Source of the DNA: Candidatus Latescibacterota bacterium
GTDB taxonomy: Bacteria; Latescibacterota; UBA2968; GCA-2709665
DNA: 64,000 nt
Direction of reading: 5' to 3'
Assembly: GCA_965237675.1 (NCBI GenBank)
Contig: OZ250150.1
Coordinates: 4,064,001 to 4,128,000, forward strand
Shown: in pieces, positions 39,093-49,200 of the stretch
Numbering within the stretch: position 1 is the stretch's first letter
How the letters are laid out: every line of letters begins with the position of its first letter
Notes under the pieces: model-generated
Database searches by the model: none
The model's input: the letters and a program-made list of their open reading frames with translations, nothing else
What the model was told of the DNA's origin: nothing
Made by a program: the position numbers and the translations under genes

Positions 39093-39914
39093 GTGGCTTG
39101 TTGAATCAACAGCGTCTCGACACCCGTGATTTAGAATCTTCGCCACCCCCAAACGCCCCCTATTCCCTTGCCCTTTTTCTTGCATCGCCCAAGAAAAAGG
39201 GCGAAAAAGAAGGGCGCCGCTCGGCGCGGGGCCGGTTTTTCCGCGAATGACTCCAGTGGCGGTTACGTACACGTCTGCCCTGCGTACGTGAAAGCACGCT
39301 TCTTGCAGCGGCGCTGAACGGAATAGCGCGGAAAAACCCCCCACACCACCGGTCGCAAGATGGGAGAATTGCAATATGATGATGATGTTTGACGTCAATG
39401 CGCCGAGAACCCACCTTCACCAGCGTAGCGGGTGACCTGTTGCGGGGGTTATGCGGAACAACACGGGACGCATGGTTTTGGCATTCGACGTTGATAGTAA
39501 GCGGCACGTCTCACGCTGCGAACAACGCCTCCTCCACCCGGCCCGGACGGGAGTGAGGGCATCTTGCCCTCGCTGCGCCCGTTCTGGTCCCGCCTCTTCA
39601 CGGCGATGACGTCAACTGATTGGGTTTTTGATTCAAGCTGCCGGCTGAGAGCTGATAGCTGTTTTTGCTGCTTCTGGTCGGCCGAATTTTGGCGATCTAT
39701 TTCTGGAACAGAACTCTACAAGTTGCTTGACATCTTCCTTGCGCCGGTTTTAGATATGGTGTGAAGACACCCAGGTTAACAAACGCGCGATGTTGCCACG
39801 CGGGCCCCGCCGCGGCCCTGACACGTCCGTTGTCGATCCGACGCTCTGTCAACACGCGTCAACGGACAGTAGCGGATTGAATTGCATCCTGCTTTTCGCG
39901 GAAGGGAGTATCCA

Positions 39915-40772
39915 ATGCAGCCTGAGATGATTGCGGACTACCACTGTGAGACCGGCGAAGGACCACTCTGGCATCCCACGGAAAAAAGGGTCTACTGGAC
40001 CGATATTCCCGCGGGTCGCGTGTTTCGCTATGACCCGGCCACGGGAATGCACGAAATCTGTTACACCGGGGATGTCGTGGGGGGCTTTACGGTCCAGGAG
40101 GATGGGTCCTTGCTTCTCTTCATGGAGAAGGGCGCGGTCAAAACCTGGCGCGACGGCGAACTCGCCACGGTGATCGACGAAATCCCCGATGAGCGTGAGA
40201 CCCGATTCAACGACGTGATTGCGGATCCCGATGGCAGGGTTTTTTGCGGAACCATGCCCACACCGGAGCGGCCGGGCAGGCTTTACCGGCTGGACACGGA
40301 CGGGAGCCTCCACCTTGTCCTCGATGAGGTCGGGATTTCCAACGGTATGGGTTTCACGGCGGACCAGAGGACCATGTATTTCACGGACACCCCCACGCTG
40401 AATATCTACCGGTTCGACTACGATCGACTAACCGGGGATATCACGAATAGGAAGGTTTTCGCACAGGCGGCGGAAGGCCAAGGCATGCCCGACGGCATGA
40501 CCGTTGACGCCGTCGGTTACGTCTGGTCCGCCAGATGGGACGGCAACTGCCTTGTACGATACAGGCCGGACGGCGTGGAGGACCTGCGCATCGCGTTCCC
40601 GGTAAGAAAGGTGTCCAGTCTCACATTCGGAGGCGGTGATTACACCGATATCTACGTCACCACCGCGGGCGGTCATATCAAACACGAAGACGGCGAACAC
40701 GCCGGCGCCCTCTTCCGGCTGAACCTGGGCATCCGGGGCGTTGAAGAGTTCTATTCGCGTATCGGACTTTAA
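39915..40772 (+). CDS. SMP-30/gluconolactonase family lactonase
   Basis: GEGPLW, RFND, SNGMGF, PDGMTVD, FGG..YVTTA. Confidence 0.93.
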   Translation: MQPEMIADYHCETGEGPLWHPTEKRVYWTDIPAGRVFRYDPATGMHEICYTGDVVGGFTVQEDGSLLLFMEKGAVKTWRDGELATVIDEIPDERETRFNDVIADPDGRVFCGTMPTPERPGRLYRLDTDGSLHLVLDEVGISNGMGFTADQRTMYFTDTPTLNIYRFDYDRLTGDITNRKVFAQAAEGQGMPDGMTVDAVGYVWSARWDGNCLVRYRPDGVEDLRIAFPVRKVSSLTFGGGDYTDIYVTTAGGHIKHEDGEHAGALFRLNLGIRGVEEFYSRIGL

Positions 40773-40796
40773 GGGTCGTCAGATCCGCAACCAAAG

Positions 40797-40824
40797 GTAG
40801 AGGCGACGCATGCGTCGCCCCTAC
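40797..40824. repeat. GTAG-type REP palindrome
   Basis: GTAGAGGCGACGCATGCGTCGCCCCTAC, near-perfect palindrome between convergent genes. Confidence 0.85.
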
Positions 40825-40946
40825 ACATTTGAGAGCCGGTTATATCATCTTTCGGTGAGGACAGATATTCCGATGGCGGTGGATCCGCGCGCCGAGGCCA
40901 TCTCACCGACCTGCGGGGCGCAATTCGAGGCGTCCGGCTGCCTGCC

Positions 40947-41732
40947 TCAGCCCCGCGCCAGGTCCCGGTAAGCCCTGAAGAGATCCGAGTAATACGCCAC
41001 GAACATCCACAGATCCCCCACCCCCCGATCGGGGCTTCGCTCCGCTTCGGCTGACATATACCCGCCGTATTCTTTCTCGTGAAGCAACCGGAACAATTCC
41101 CGATACGGATATCCCTGGCCGGCCAGATCGTGCATATGAACGTGGTCCAGCCAGGGCCAGACGGTATCCAGGGCCAGTTTCACGGAACCCTCCACAACAT
41201 CCTCCGGCACCGAGTTCCAGATCAGACCCAGATTCTCATGATCCACCTGCTCGGCCACCGACCGGCACGATTGCCAGTCGAACTCGCCGTGCAGTTCCAG
41301 ACAGGGCTTGACACCCTTCCCGGAACCGTACGCACAGAGTTCGTTCAGCGCCTCCGCCACCTGAGCGATCGTTTTCTCTCTCGGTACGTCTTTGGGAAAG
41401 TTGTTTCCGAATACACGAACCCTGGGCGCCCCCAGATCGGCCGCCAGATCCATCCGTACTTTGGTCTGTTCGATATGATCTCGAAGGTCTGACGCATCCG
41501 TATCGTGATACCGGTTTCCCGTGGCGATGCTGATGATTTCAATGCCGGCGTCCTGGCAGTCGGCCGCCACCTGCTGGCGTTCAGCGCCATCTATTGACGC
41601 CTCCACGCCGTGCCCGTGACCCAGGTCCGTCCGAAACTCGACGCCCTCGAACCCGTGGTCTCGTAGCGTCTGCAGCAAGTCCTGGCGTGAAAGGTCCTTC
41701 AGGACCCCATAGGTCATCCAGGATGGCTTCAT
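40947..41732 (-). CDS. Sugar phosphate isomerase/epimerase (TIM barrel)
   Basis: GFEGVEFR, VRVFG, LELHG, HVHMHD, SAE. Confidence 0.85.
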   Translation of the reverse strand: MKPSWMTYGVLKDLSRQDLLQTLRDHGFEGVEFRTDLGHGHGVEASIDGAERQQVAADCQDAGIEIISIATGNRYHDTDASDLRDHIEQTKVRMDLAADLGAPRVRVFGNNFPKDVPREKTIAQVAEALNELCAYGSGKGVKPCLELHGEFDWQSCRSVAEQVDHENLGLIWNSVPEDVVEGSVKLALDTVWPWLDHVHMHDLAGQGYPYRELFRLLHEKEYGGYMSAEAERSPDRGVGDLWMFVAYYSDLFRAYRDLARG

Positions 41733-41753
41733 TATGGTTCTCCTCTCGGGTTT

Positions 41754-42479
41754 TTAGTCCACCGGCTCCTTGCCGATCCTCGCAAAACCCTCCGCATACC
41801 GGCAGTCGCTCATCCCTGCCATATGTTGCGCCTCGATGGCGCGGTATCGGTTCAAGACCGTATAAACTTCCGGCAGCGGCGGCTGCGCCGCCAGCTTCTT
41901 CAGAGCCTGGATCTTCTGTTCGAACACCGATGAAATATCCACGTACAAATCGGGAACGAAACCCGAAACCGGCGACGTCCCCATCGTGGTTTCATAGCAG
42001 GCGATGAGCGGTCGCCGACACGGGGCATCGGCGGTCTTGATTCCCCCTGAATTGCAATAAGAACATGCCCACAGTGCGGCCTGCGTGGTCTCCACGTGAT
42101 CCGGATGCATCACGTCGTTAATCCAGTGACTCAGCACCAGATCCGGTCGGAACCGCCGAACCGCCGCCAGCAGTTGCAGCCGCCGGTCGGGTCCGACCAC
42201 CAGCGGACTGTCTCCAAAATCGAAACAATCGATGCTCGCACCCAGGATTTCTGCGGCCGCCTCGAATTCCTCCTTGCGCCTCGCCTTGACATCCTCCAGG
42301 GTGCGTTCGGGATTCTCCGCCCACAGTGCCGGCGATTCGCAGCGTTCTCCATACGTCAGGTTATGGACGTGCACCGTGCCGCCCGCCTTTACGAAACGAA
42401 TGATCGCCCCCCCTGCTCGCGAACAGAAATCCGCGGCATGGGCGCTGAACACCAGCACTCGCATTCTGTCCCGGATCAT
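41754..42479 (-). CDS. PIG-L family protein resembling GalB (4-oxalomesaconate hydratase)
   Basis: SAHAADF..RAGGAI, YGERCES..LW, HPDH. Confidence 0.8.
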   Translation of the reverse strand: MIRDRMRVLVFSAHAADFCSRAGGAIIRFVKAGGTVHVHNLTYGERCESPALWAENPERTLEDVKARRKEEFEAAAEILGASIDCFDFGDSPLVVGPDRRLQLLAAVRRFRPDLVLSHWINDVMHPDHVETTQAALWACSYCNSGGIKTADAPCRRPLIACYETTMGTSPVSGFVPDLYVDISSVFEQKIQALKKLAAQPPLPEVYTVLNRYRAIEAQHMAGMSDCRYAEGFARIGKEPVD

Positions 42480-42490
42480 TCCATCCTCCC

Positions 42491-42529
42491 TTGGAAGCTG
42501 TTTTAAAACCCCCAGCGGTCTTCGCGCCT
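42491..42529. repeat. Solo end of the MITE found at 46076-46280
   Basis: 35/39 identity with 46073-46111. Confidence 0.8.
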
Positions 42530-42532
42530 CTG

Positions 42533-43285
42533 CTACGCGTTACGACCATATTCAGGCAGCGATCCGTCGTCTTCCGGGATGTACCCCAGCATCTCCCGTG
42601 CGTTGGACAGATCCCATTTCTTCTCGCTGCCACCCGACACACCGTAAAAAATCCCGAACTTCACATGTTCCGCTTCGATGGACCTCCAGACCAGTTGCGC
42701 CAGATCCCTCGGGCTCAGCCAGCGGGAATACCCGGGCTCATACCGCTGTTCCGGCGTGTCTTTGTCGTTGTAATTCGCCACCCGCAAGCAGATCACACGG
42801 ATTCCGTGCCGTTCCGAATAAAATCTGCCGAGGGCTTCGCCGAAGGCCTTTCCCGCGCCGTAAACGCCATCCGGCCGCACAGGGCTCTCCGGGGTTGAAA
42901 CAAGCCCTTCCTTCTCATATAAACCCGTGACATGATTGGTACTTGCGAAAACAACCGTGGGCACGTTATTTATTCGAGCAGCCTCGAGAATATTATACAC
43001 GCCCGGATTATCGACTTCCAGGGTTGCCCTGGCCACATCGTCGGCCGTCATCCCGCTCCAGCGTCGGATCGCCAGGTGTACGATAGCGTCCACGCCGGAC
43101 GCGGCTTCGACCATTGCCGCACCATCCGCAACACTGGCGACGACGACCTGGTCGTCCGGACGCACATCATCCGGCACCCTCGAGTGCAGAAGGAGCCGGA
43201 AATCGTATCGTGCCCTCAGCCGGGACCGAATACACGTACCGATCGACCCGGCCGCACCGGTCAGGAATATCTGTTTCTTCAGCAT
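42533..43285 (-). CDS. NAD-dependent epimerase/dehydratase, uronate dehydrogenase-like
   Basis: TGAAGSIG, FASTNHVTG, PDGVYGAGK, WLSPRDL, YGVS..WD..LGY.P.D. Confidence 0.85.
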   Translation of the reverse strand: MLKKQIFLTGAAGSIGTCIRSRLRARYDFRLLLHSRVPDDVRPDDQVVVASVADGAAMVEAASGVDAIVHLAIRRWSGMTADDVARATLEVDNPGVYNILEAARINNVPTVVFASTNHVTGLYEKEGLVSTPESPVRPDGVYGAGKAFGEALGRFYSERHGIRVICLRVANYNDKDTPEQRYEPGYSRWLSPRDLAQLVWRSIEAEHVKFGIFYGVSGGSEKKWDLSNAREMLGYIPEDDGSLPEYGRNA

Positions 43286-43570
43286 GGAGCGGGCGAATCC
43301 TCCGGCTCTGATTGAACGTGAAAAACAAGACCGAACTTTCGTGCGCCCCGGATGGAGGGAAGATGTCTGCCCGGATCGGACTCAGACGTTCGAGAGGGTC
43401 CGGAAGCGCCATCGGATTGGACAGTCAAAACACGAATTCCTGAAGATAGCACCTCCCTCCCGCAAATGCAATTTCCATTGACCCGGCCCTTAGCAGCCCG
43501 TTGAATACCGTTTCGTTTTTGTATATCTTCAATCCGTCCGGCAAACCCCGTCTATCGTTGTGGAGGCACC

Positions 43571-44335
43571 GTGACGCCAATCGACATCCGATGGATTCTC
43601 AGCATAACCCGGAAAGCCGGAGAAATCGCCCTTTCTCATTTCGGCAAGACAAAAGGCACGCTCAAGCCCGACAATTCCTGGGTGACCCAGGCAGACCTGG
43701 ATGTGGAAGCCTATCTGAGGGAAGAGCTGGCATCCGCGCGTCCGGATGACGCCGTACTCGGTGAAGAGGGCGATGATCCGCCACCGACGGCGTCAATCGT
43801 ATGGGCGATCGATCCGATCGACGGCACGCGGGCATTCAACCACGGCCTGCCCGTCTGGGGCGTCTCCATCGGTGCGTTTGAACACGGTAAACCATCCGTG
43901 GGCGCCTTCATTCTTCCGGTCCTGGGAGACACTTATTACACCGACGGTGTCATGGCCTTCTACAACGGCCGGCCGCTCGCGCCGCCGGCACCGTCGCTCG
44001 ATTCCAACGCCCTCTTGCTGGTCAGCGAAGGCGCATTCAAACATCTCAGGATCGACTATCCTGGGAAAACCCTCAGCCTCGGATCTGCCGCCGCACATCT
44101 CTGCTACGTTGCCAGGGGATCCGCGGTGGGCGCATTCGACCACGCGTCGATATGGGACTATGCCGCGGGCGCAGCCATCTTGAAGGTGCTGGGTGTTCGA
44201 CTGCGGTACCTTTCCGGAAAGACGGTGGACTTTGAGGAATTATTCAGAGTAAAGGAGGCGCCGGAACCCACCCTCGCGGCCCCGGACATCCACTTCAGCG
44301 CCCTGCAATATGCTTTTCTGTCCGCGGAGAAATAG
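43571..44335 (+). CDS. Inositol monophosphatase family protein
   Basis: VTQAD, GEE, WAIDPIDGT, WDYAAG. Confidence 0.92.
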   Translation: MTPIDIRWILSITRKAGEIALSHFGKTKGTLKPDNSWVTQADLDVEAYLREELASARPDDAVLGEEGDDPPPTASIVWAIDPIDGTRAFNHGLPVWGVSIGAFEHGKPSVGAFILPVLGDTYYTDGVMAFYNGRPLAPPAPSLDSNALLLVSEGAFKHLRIDYPGKTLSLGSAAAHLCYVARGSAVGAFDHASIWDYAAGAAILKVLGVRLRYLSGKTVDFEELFRVKEAPEPTLAAPDIHFSALQYAFLSAEK

Positions 44336-44446
44336 CTGCCTCTTCCCGGTGCATATTGCGTAACATCCGGTCAACAGGTTGACGGGAGCGGGCGCTGCAG
44401 CGCATCGAATTCCGGCGCCGGAATTCATCCCCCGCCGCATGGTAAC

Positions 44447-45205
44447 CTAATCCGACATCCCGTAGATTCTCGCCAGGTTCTCTCCAAAAATCAGCCGCTC
44501 GGCGTCGCTCCCCAACTCCAGCCGCCGGATGGCCCGCTTCACCTGGATGGGCCGGTATTCCGGCAGGTTGGAACCGAAGACCACCCGCTCCGGTCCCAGT
44601 TTCTCCACCGCCGTCCTGACTTCCACCGGTACGGCCTGCTCCGGGTTATCCGCCCACCGCTTGTGAAAACGCAAGATGGTCGTGCCCATGTATACGTTCT
44701 TGTGACGCAGGCACACCGCCATTGCCTCGTCGAAATGGTCCGGAAAACCCATATGGTCCAGGATAACCGCCGCGTCGGGAATGCGCCCCGCGACTACGGC
44801 GGCGCGATCCGCGCTGCAATTCTCCACGCCAGTATGAATCGAAACGACGATGCCCAACTCCTGTGCAGCGTCGACAAACGGAAAAACCATCGGATCGTCC
44901 ACCTCGAACTTGTGGATCGCGCCCATCAGCTTCATACCCCTCGCCCCCCGGGCCACGTACTCCTTCAACCGGGCAACGCCCAACTCCCCCATATGCGGAT
45001 CCATCATCACGCACGGCAACAGGTTCGGATGCCCGGCGGTCCGTTCCAGCAACCCGTCGTTATCCGGATCCACCTTTGCGTCCGGCATGACCACCGCCAT
45101 GCCGATCCCCGCTTCAGCTTCGCACTCGAGCAACGCCGCTACCGTCATCGGATGTCCGTACCAATCTTCCGCCAGGTAGGCCTCGAAATCAGCCGTTATT
45201 GCCAT
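44447..45205 (-). CDS. Amidohydrolase family 2 protein
   Basis: RGMKL, SIHTG, ILDHMG, VVFGSNLP; the N-terminal DxHxH is replaced by DFEAY. Confidence 0.78.
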   Translation of the reverse strand: MAITADFEAYLAEDWYGHPMTVAALLECEAEAGIGMAVVMPDAKVDPDNDGLLERTAGHPNLLPCVMMDPHMGELGVARLKEYVARGARGMKLMGAIHKFEVDDPMVFPFVDAAQELGIVVSIHTGVENCSADRAAVVAGRIPDAAVILDHMGFPDHFDEAMAVCLRHKNVYMGTTILRFHKRWADNPEQAVPVEVRTAVEKLGPERVVFGSNLPEYRPIQVKRAIRRLELGSDAERLIFGENLARIYGMSD

Positions 45206-45256
45206 GTGATAACCTCCTTATTCAGTTTCGGAACCCTCTACGCACGATGCCGGTGC

Positions 45257-46054
45257 TCAGCCCAACTGCAGCGCCCGCCACCTATCGTATGCCCTGTGCA
45301 TCCCCGCCGGCAGGAATTCACGTACATTGTCCGCAAGCATCCATTTCACTCGTTCGTCTGTCGCCTGCGCCTCTTCACTTTCCACATGTTTGTGCCAACT
45401 CCCCGCAAGTGTCAACCTCTCGGGCTCGGTATTATATATACCGCGATGAACCGCATTGCCGGTCCAGAAGATCGTCTGTCCTGCCTTCAGGTTGATCACC
45501 TTCTGTGTCGATATGTCCGCGTGCCGATTTTTCAACAGGCACTCCCGTTCCTCATCCGTACGGTACCGCCTGTGGCTGCCCGGCACAAGCTGCAGGCAGC
45601 CGTCGTCAACCAGCGCCAGGTGCCACTTTAATGACACCATCGGCCGGTTGAGGATTTCCATTTCTACGTCATAGGACCCGTCCCGCTCATTGGTGCCGAA
45701 ATCCCGGTGCCACCCTCCGCTCCAATCTACCTCGTCGGGCGTTGTGAAAATGACGACGCCGCCCAAACACAGGTCGCTTCCCAGCAGCGGTTCGACGTAT
45801 CGCATCACCGGTTGGGACATCAGGTATTCCGCAAATACAGGTTCGTTGAATTCCGGTGCAAACAACCCCCTGATCGCCCACGGCTCCCCACCGGGTGTCC
45901 GGTGTGTGTACACGTCCACCTCTCGGGAACGCGTTTTGGCCTTCACGCGCCGCGTGGCGTCGAGAAGCGGCTCCAGCATGCCCTGATCAACGGCATCATC
46001 CACGACAAAATAGCCCTGTGTCTCGTACTGTTCCGTGACGTCTTCCAAAACCAT
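45257..46054 (-). CDS. Phytanoyl-CoA dioxygenase family (Fe/2OG) protein
   Basis: WHRD, LQLVPGSH, HRG, R motif. Confidence 0.88.
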   Translation of the reverse strand: MVLEDVTEQYETQGYFVVDDAVDQGMLEPLLDATRRVKAKTRSREVDVYTHRTPGGEPWAIRGLFAPEFNEPVFAEYLMSQPVMRYVEPLLGSDLCLGGVVIFTTPDEVDWSGGWHRDFGTNERDGSYDVEMEILNRPMVSLKWHLALVDDGCLQLVPGSHRRYRTDEERECLLKNRHADISTQKVINLKAGQTIFWTGNAVHRGIYNTEPERLTLAGSWHKHVESEEAQATDERVKWMLADNVREFLPAGMHRAYDRWRALQLG

Positions 46055-46075
46055 GAGCCAAATCCTCCATTTTTG

Positions 46076-46280
46076 GAAGCTGTCTTAAAACCCCCATCGG
46101 ACTTTGCGCCTGCCTGCACGGCGCACTGCGCTGCAGGCAGGTCGGTCTGCGTTGGTCCAATCCACCCGTATCTTTAGGTACGGGCGCCTTCGCCAGTCGG
46201 CGCTGCGCGCCCCTCGCGCCTCAGGACCGACACCTTTTCGCGCGCGCTGGGGAACGCACCAGGAATTTTAAAACAGCTAC
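46076..46280. mobile_element. Non-autonomous MITE (about 205 bp) with IS5/IS1182-like termini
   Basis: TIRs GAAGCTGTCTTAAAA / TTTTAAAACAGCTAC (13/15), TTG/TTA flanks, internal CCTGCCTGCA..TGCAGGCAGG palindrome, second end copy at 42491. Confidence 0.7.
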
Positions 46281-46287
46281 TTAATGT

Positions 46288-49200
46288 TCACCACTCCTTC
46301 TTCCAGAAAAGCCCCAGTGACTTCCGATCGCGTTCCCGTTCGTTGCCCTCCCTCTGCTGCGCCTCCAGTGTAACCTGCGGCAACAGTTCGTATTCCACGA
46401 CGACCTCCCTCCCCGTTGCCTTGGAGACATCCTGCGCGTAGCTGACGAAGAACCGGGAGCCGAAATACTTTCCCGCCCGCACCCGGGTTGCAGAGTTTCC
46501 CATTCCAAGGTCTATCTCCACGACGTCCAGATTCAACCGCTGTCCGATCGTACGCTTCAACTGGTTTGCCGCCACACCCAGTACAAGGATCGCAGCCTGC
46601 CCTTCCAGCCGGCCCCCGGCGCCGCCTTCCCCACGCATCAACCCGGACACGTCGTCGGCCGGCCTTCCGATCAACAGGTAAGAAAGGATGTCCGCTTCGG
46701 CCAAGGGTGGCGTCGTATCACTTTCCAGGGAAATATTGGGTTCCAGAAGCGTTCCCCCCACAACGACGCTGATCACCGCGTTTTCGTTGGAAACCAGCCT
46801 GACCCTGCGGGTTGCTATGATGTAGAGATCGGGATTGATATCCGAACTACCACGGAAATTGATTTCTCCTCGGTCGATCGCAAAACTGGAATTCTGAAAC
46901 TCGTACCGACCCTGCCTGCTATCGAGAGATCCGTAAACCCTGAGTCCCTCCTGGTCCTTCACCAGATCCACGTCACCTGAAATCTCGACATTCAAATTCC
47001 TGTCCCGGATCCAGACATTCCGAGAGGCCGATACCCGGATGTCGCAGTTCAGATTCCGAAAGAATGGAGACGTCGTCCAGGAAACGTCGGTCGGATATTC
47101 GATGAAATCGGACAGCCGTAGCACCGCTCGGGTCAACCCCGCCTTACCTTCTATTCGCCCCCCCTCCGCATTCCCATGCAGCTTCAATTCCGCATTTAGT
47201 GTCGCTTTGAGTTCCGGCAGGTCGATCACCTTAAATTCCTTGGCCTGGAACGCGATATCGTAATCCTCCATCGCGTTTTCGCCCAGTTTTGCTCTTCCGC
47301 TGAGCGCGAGCCTTCCCTTTCCATCTACGGCCTCGAGCCGTCCCAGGACGTTTCCATTGTCTTCAAAGCTGAGTTCCGCTTCTACATTCTTGAAGGTCTT
47401 GTTCAGGGGCGCAATCCGGGCGGTTCCGTCACGAAGACGAACCCATCCGTTCTGCCGAAGCGCTCGGGGAGTGCCCCTGACGTTCAGGTTCATCGCCAGA
47501 TGACCTCCTGCGTTCCGCACCTCCGGGATCACGTGCGGCAGAAAGTCCAGGTCTACGCCGTCCGATTCCAGTGACACCTGAACTGGCCCGTCGGGAAACA
47601 GGTCTTCCCGCCGCCCGGCGAATATATCCAGCGGGAATTTCCCCCGCACGACAGCCTCCCTTCCGGACGACTGCACCACCTTCAAGTCAAACGTCGTGCG
47701 GTCATTCCCATAACTCGCCGTCCCGGAAAGATTCGCGATGCTGACGCCGCGGACGGTGCCATCCTTAAGATCGAAGCCGGTCTCCAACCGGGGGTCTTGC
47801 AGCGTCCCGGAAAAGGTGGCCTCCCCTTTCATCGTGCCGCTCACCTCGCCTTCCAACCCGGCAAGAAACGCCCATGTACCCAGATCCACGTCCTCCAGTT
47901 GCAACGTCACGCCGGCAGGTTCTCCGGAGTGCCCACTCGCTCGAATCCTGCCACCGGTTCCAACCATCCTGAACCGCTCCACCGAGACACCTGCGTCGGG
48001 GAGATACCGCAGCCGGCAGGGGCCGTCGTTCAGCAGGGTCGCATCGCCCACGTGAACCGCAAGTGAATCCAGATCGATCCAATATTCCGCGTTGGACGTT
48101 CCGGCGCGGCCCCGGAGATGGAGATAATCGATGTCGTCCGCACGACTGCCCATTACAAAAGATACCCCGGCTTCATCGAGGCCCAGATCCAGAGATACGT
48201 CCCGGATCACCCGGTCACCCCACACTACGGATTCCCCCCGGAAAAACAAACCGGGTTGCGCCGGGGACTGCCATCTCATTCCAGCCTTGACTCCCTTTAT
48301 CTTTACATCCCGGTAGTTGAGGCTGTCGGCCTCCAGATCCACACGGACAACCGGCTTCGACCAGGTTCCACCAAGCCGGGCGATCACCGACGCGGGCGTA
48401 CCTGAGAGTCCCGGCCCTACCATACCGCTCAAGGCTTCGAAATCGTAAACCTGGCCGTTCGCACGGATGTCCAGACTGTCACCCGGGATGATCCAACCCC
48501 GGCCTTCGACGCTCGCTCGCTTACCGGCCAGGATCATTCGATTCACGATTGTCCGGCGACCATGCTGAACCAGGCTCGCTCTCGCGCTATCCAGTTTTCC
48601 GCCGAGAAAACGGGACGCATCCACGATCACGTCCGCGCTGACTTGCACCGAATCCGGGTGAAACCCCTCGCCAGAGAGTCCGATCTGCAGCGACACGTCT
48701 TCCAGGAGGTCGGCGCGGCCCAGGAGCCGATCCACCGCCAGGCCGTCCACCCGCACCCCCGCCCGGTAAGTGGGTTGTTTCCCATCCGGTTTCCAGAATT
48801 GGCCCAGATCGATCCGGCCGTGTCCCCTGACCACGCCGTATCCGTCCGACAGTCTCACCCCCATGCTATCGAAGCTGACAATACCTCGCCGAAACGACCC
48901 GCGGAGCACGAATCCTTTTGCCGGAGGCAGCCCCTCGATATTCAGGTTGTCGAACCTGGCTTCGCCTCGCCAGATCCCATCACCCGACCGCCGCAGCCAG
49001 ATATTCCCCGTGAGGCCGACAACCGGTGGTAAATTCCGTGACACCCGGGTCAGGTCCAGATGTACCAGGCGCGTTCTCAATTCGTAGAACGGCTCCCCTC
49101 CCCTCCTGTCAACTTCCAACCTGGCGGTCAGCCTTCCAGCATGTCCCTCGGCCGCAACGTCAATCGCGAGTTTTCCATTTCGCAGCGAGGCTGACAGGGT

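Noticed and set aside
39160-39507. 115-aa minus-strand ORF with HHHH and CxxxC
   Set aside because: Overlaps repeat hairpins, Arg/Ser-rich composition, no recognisable domain; likely spurious
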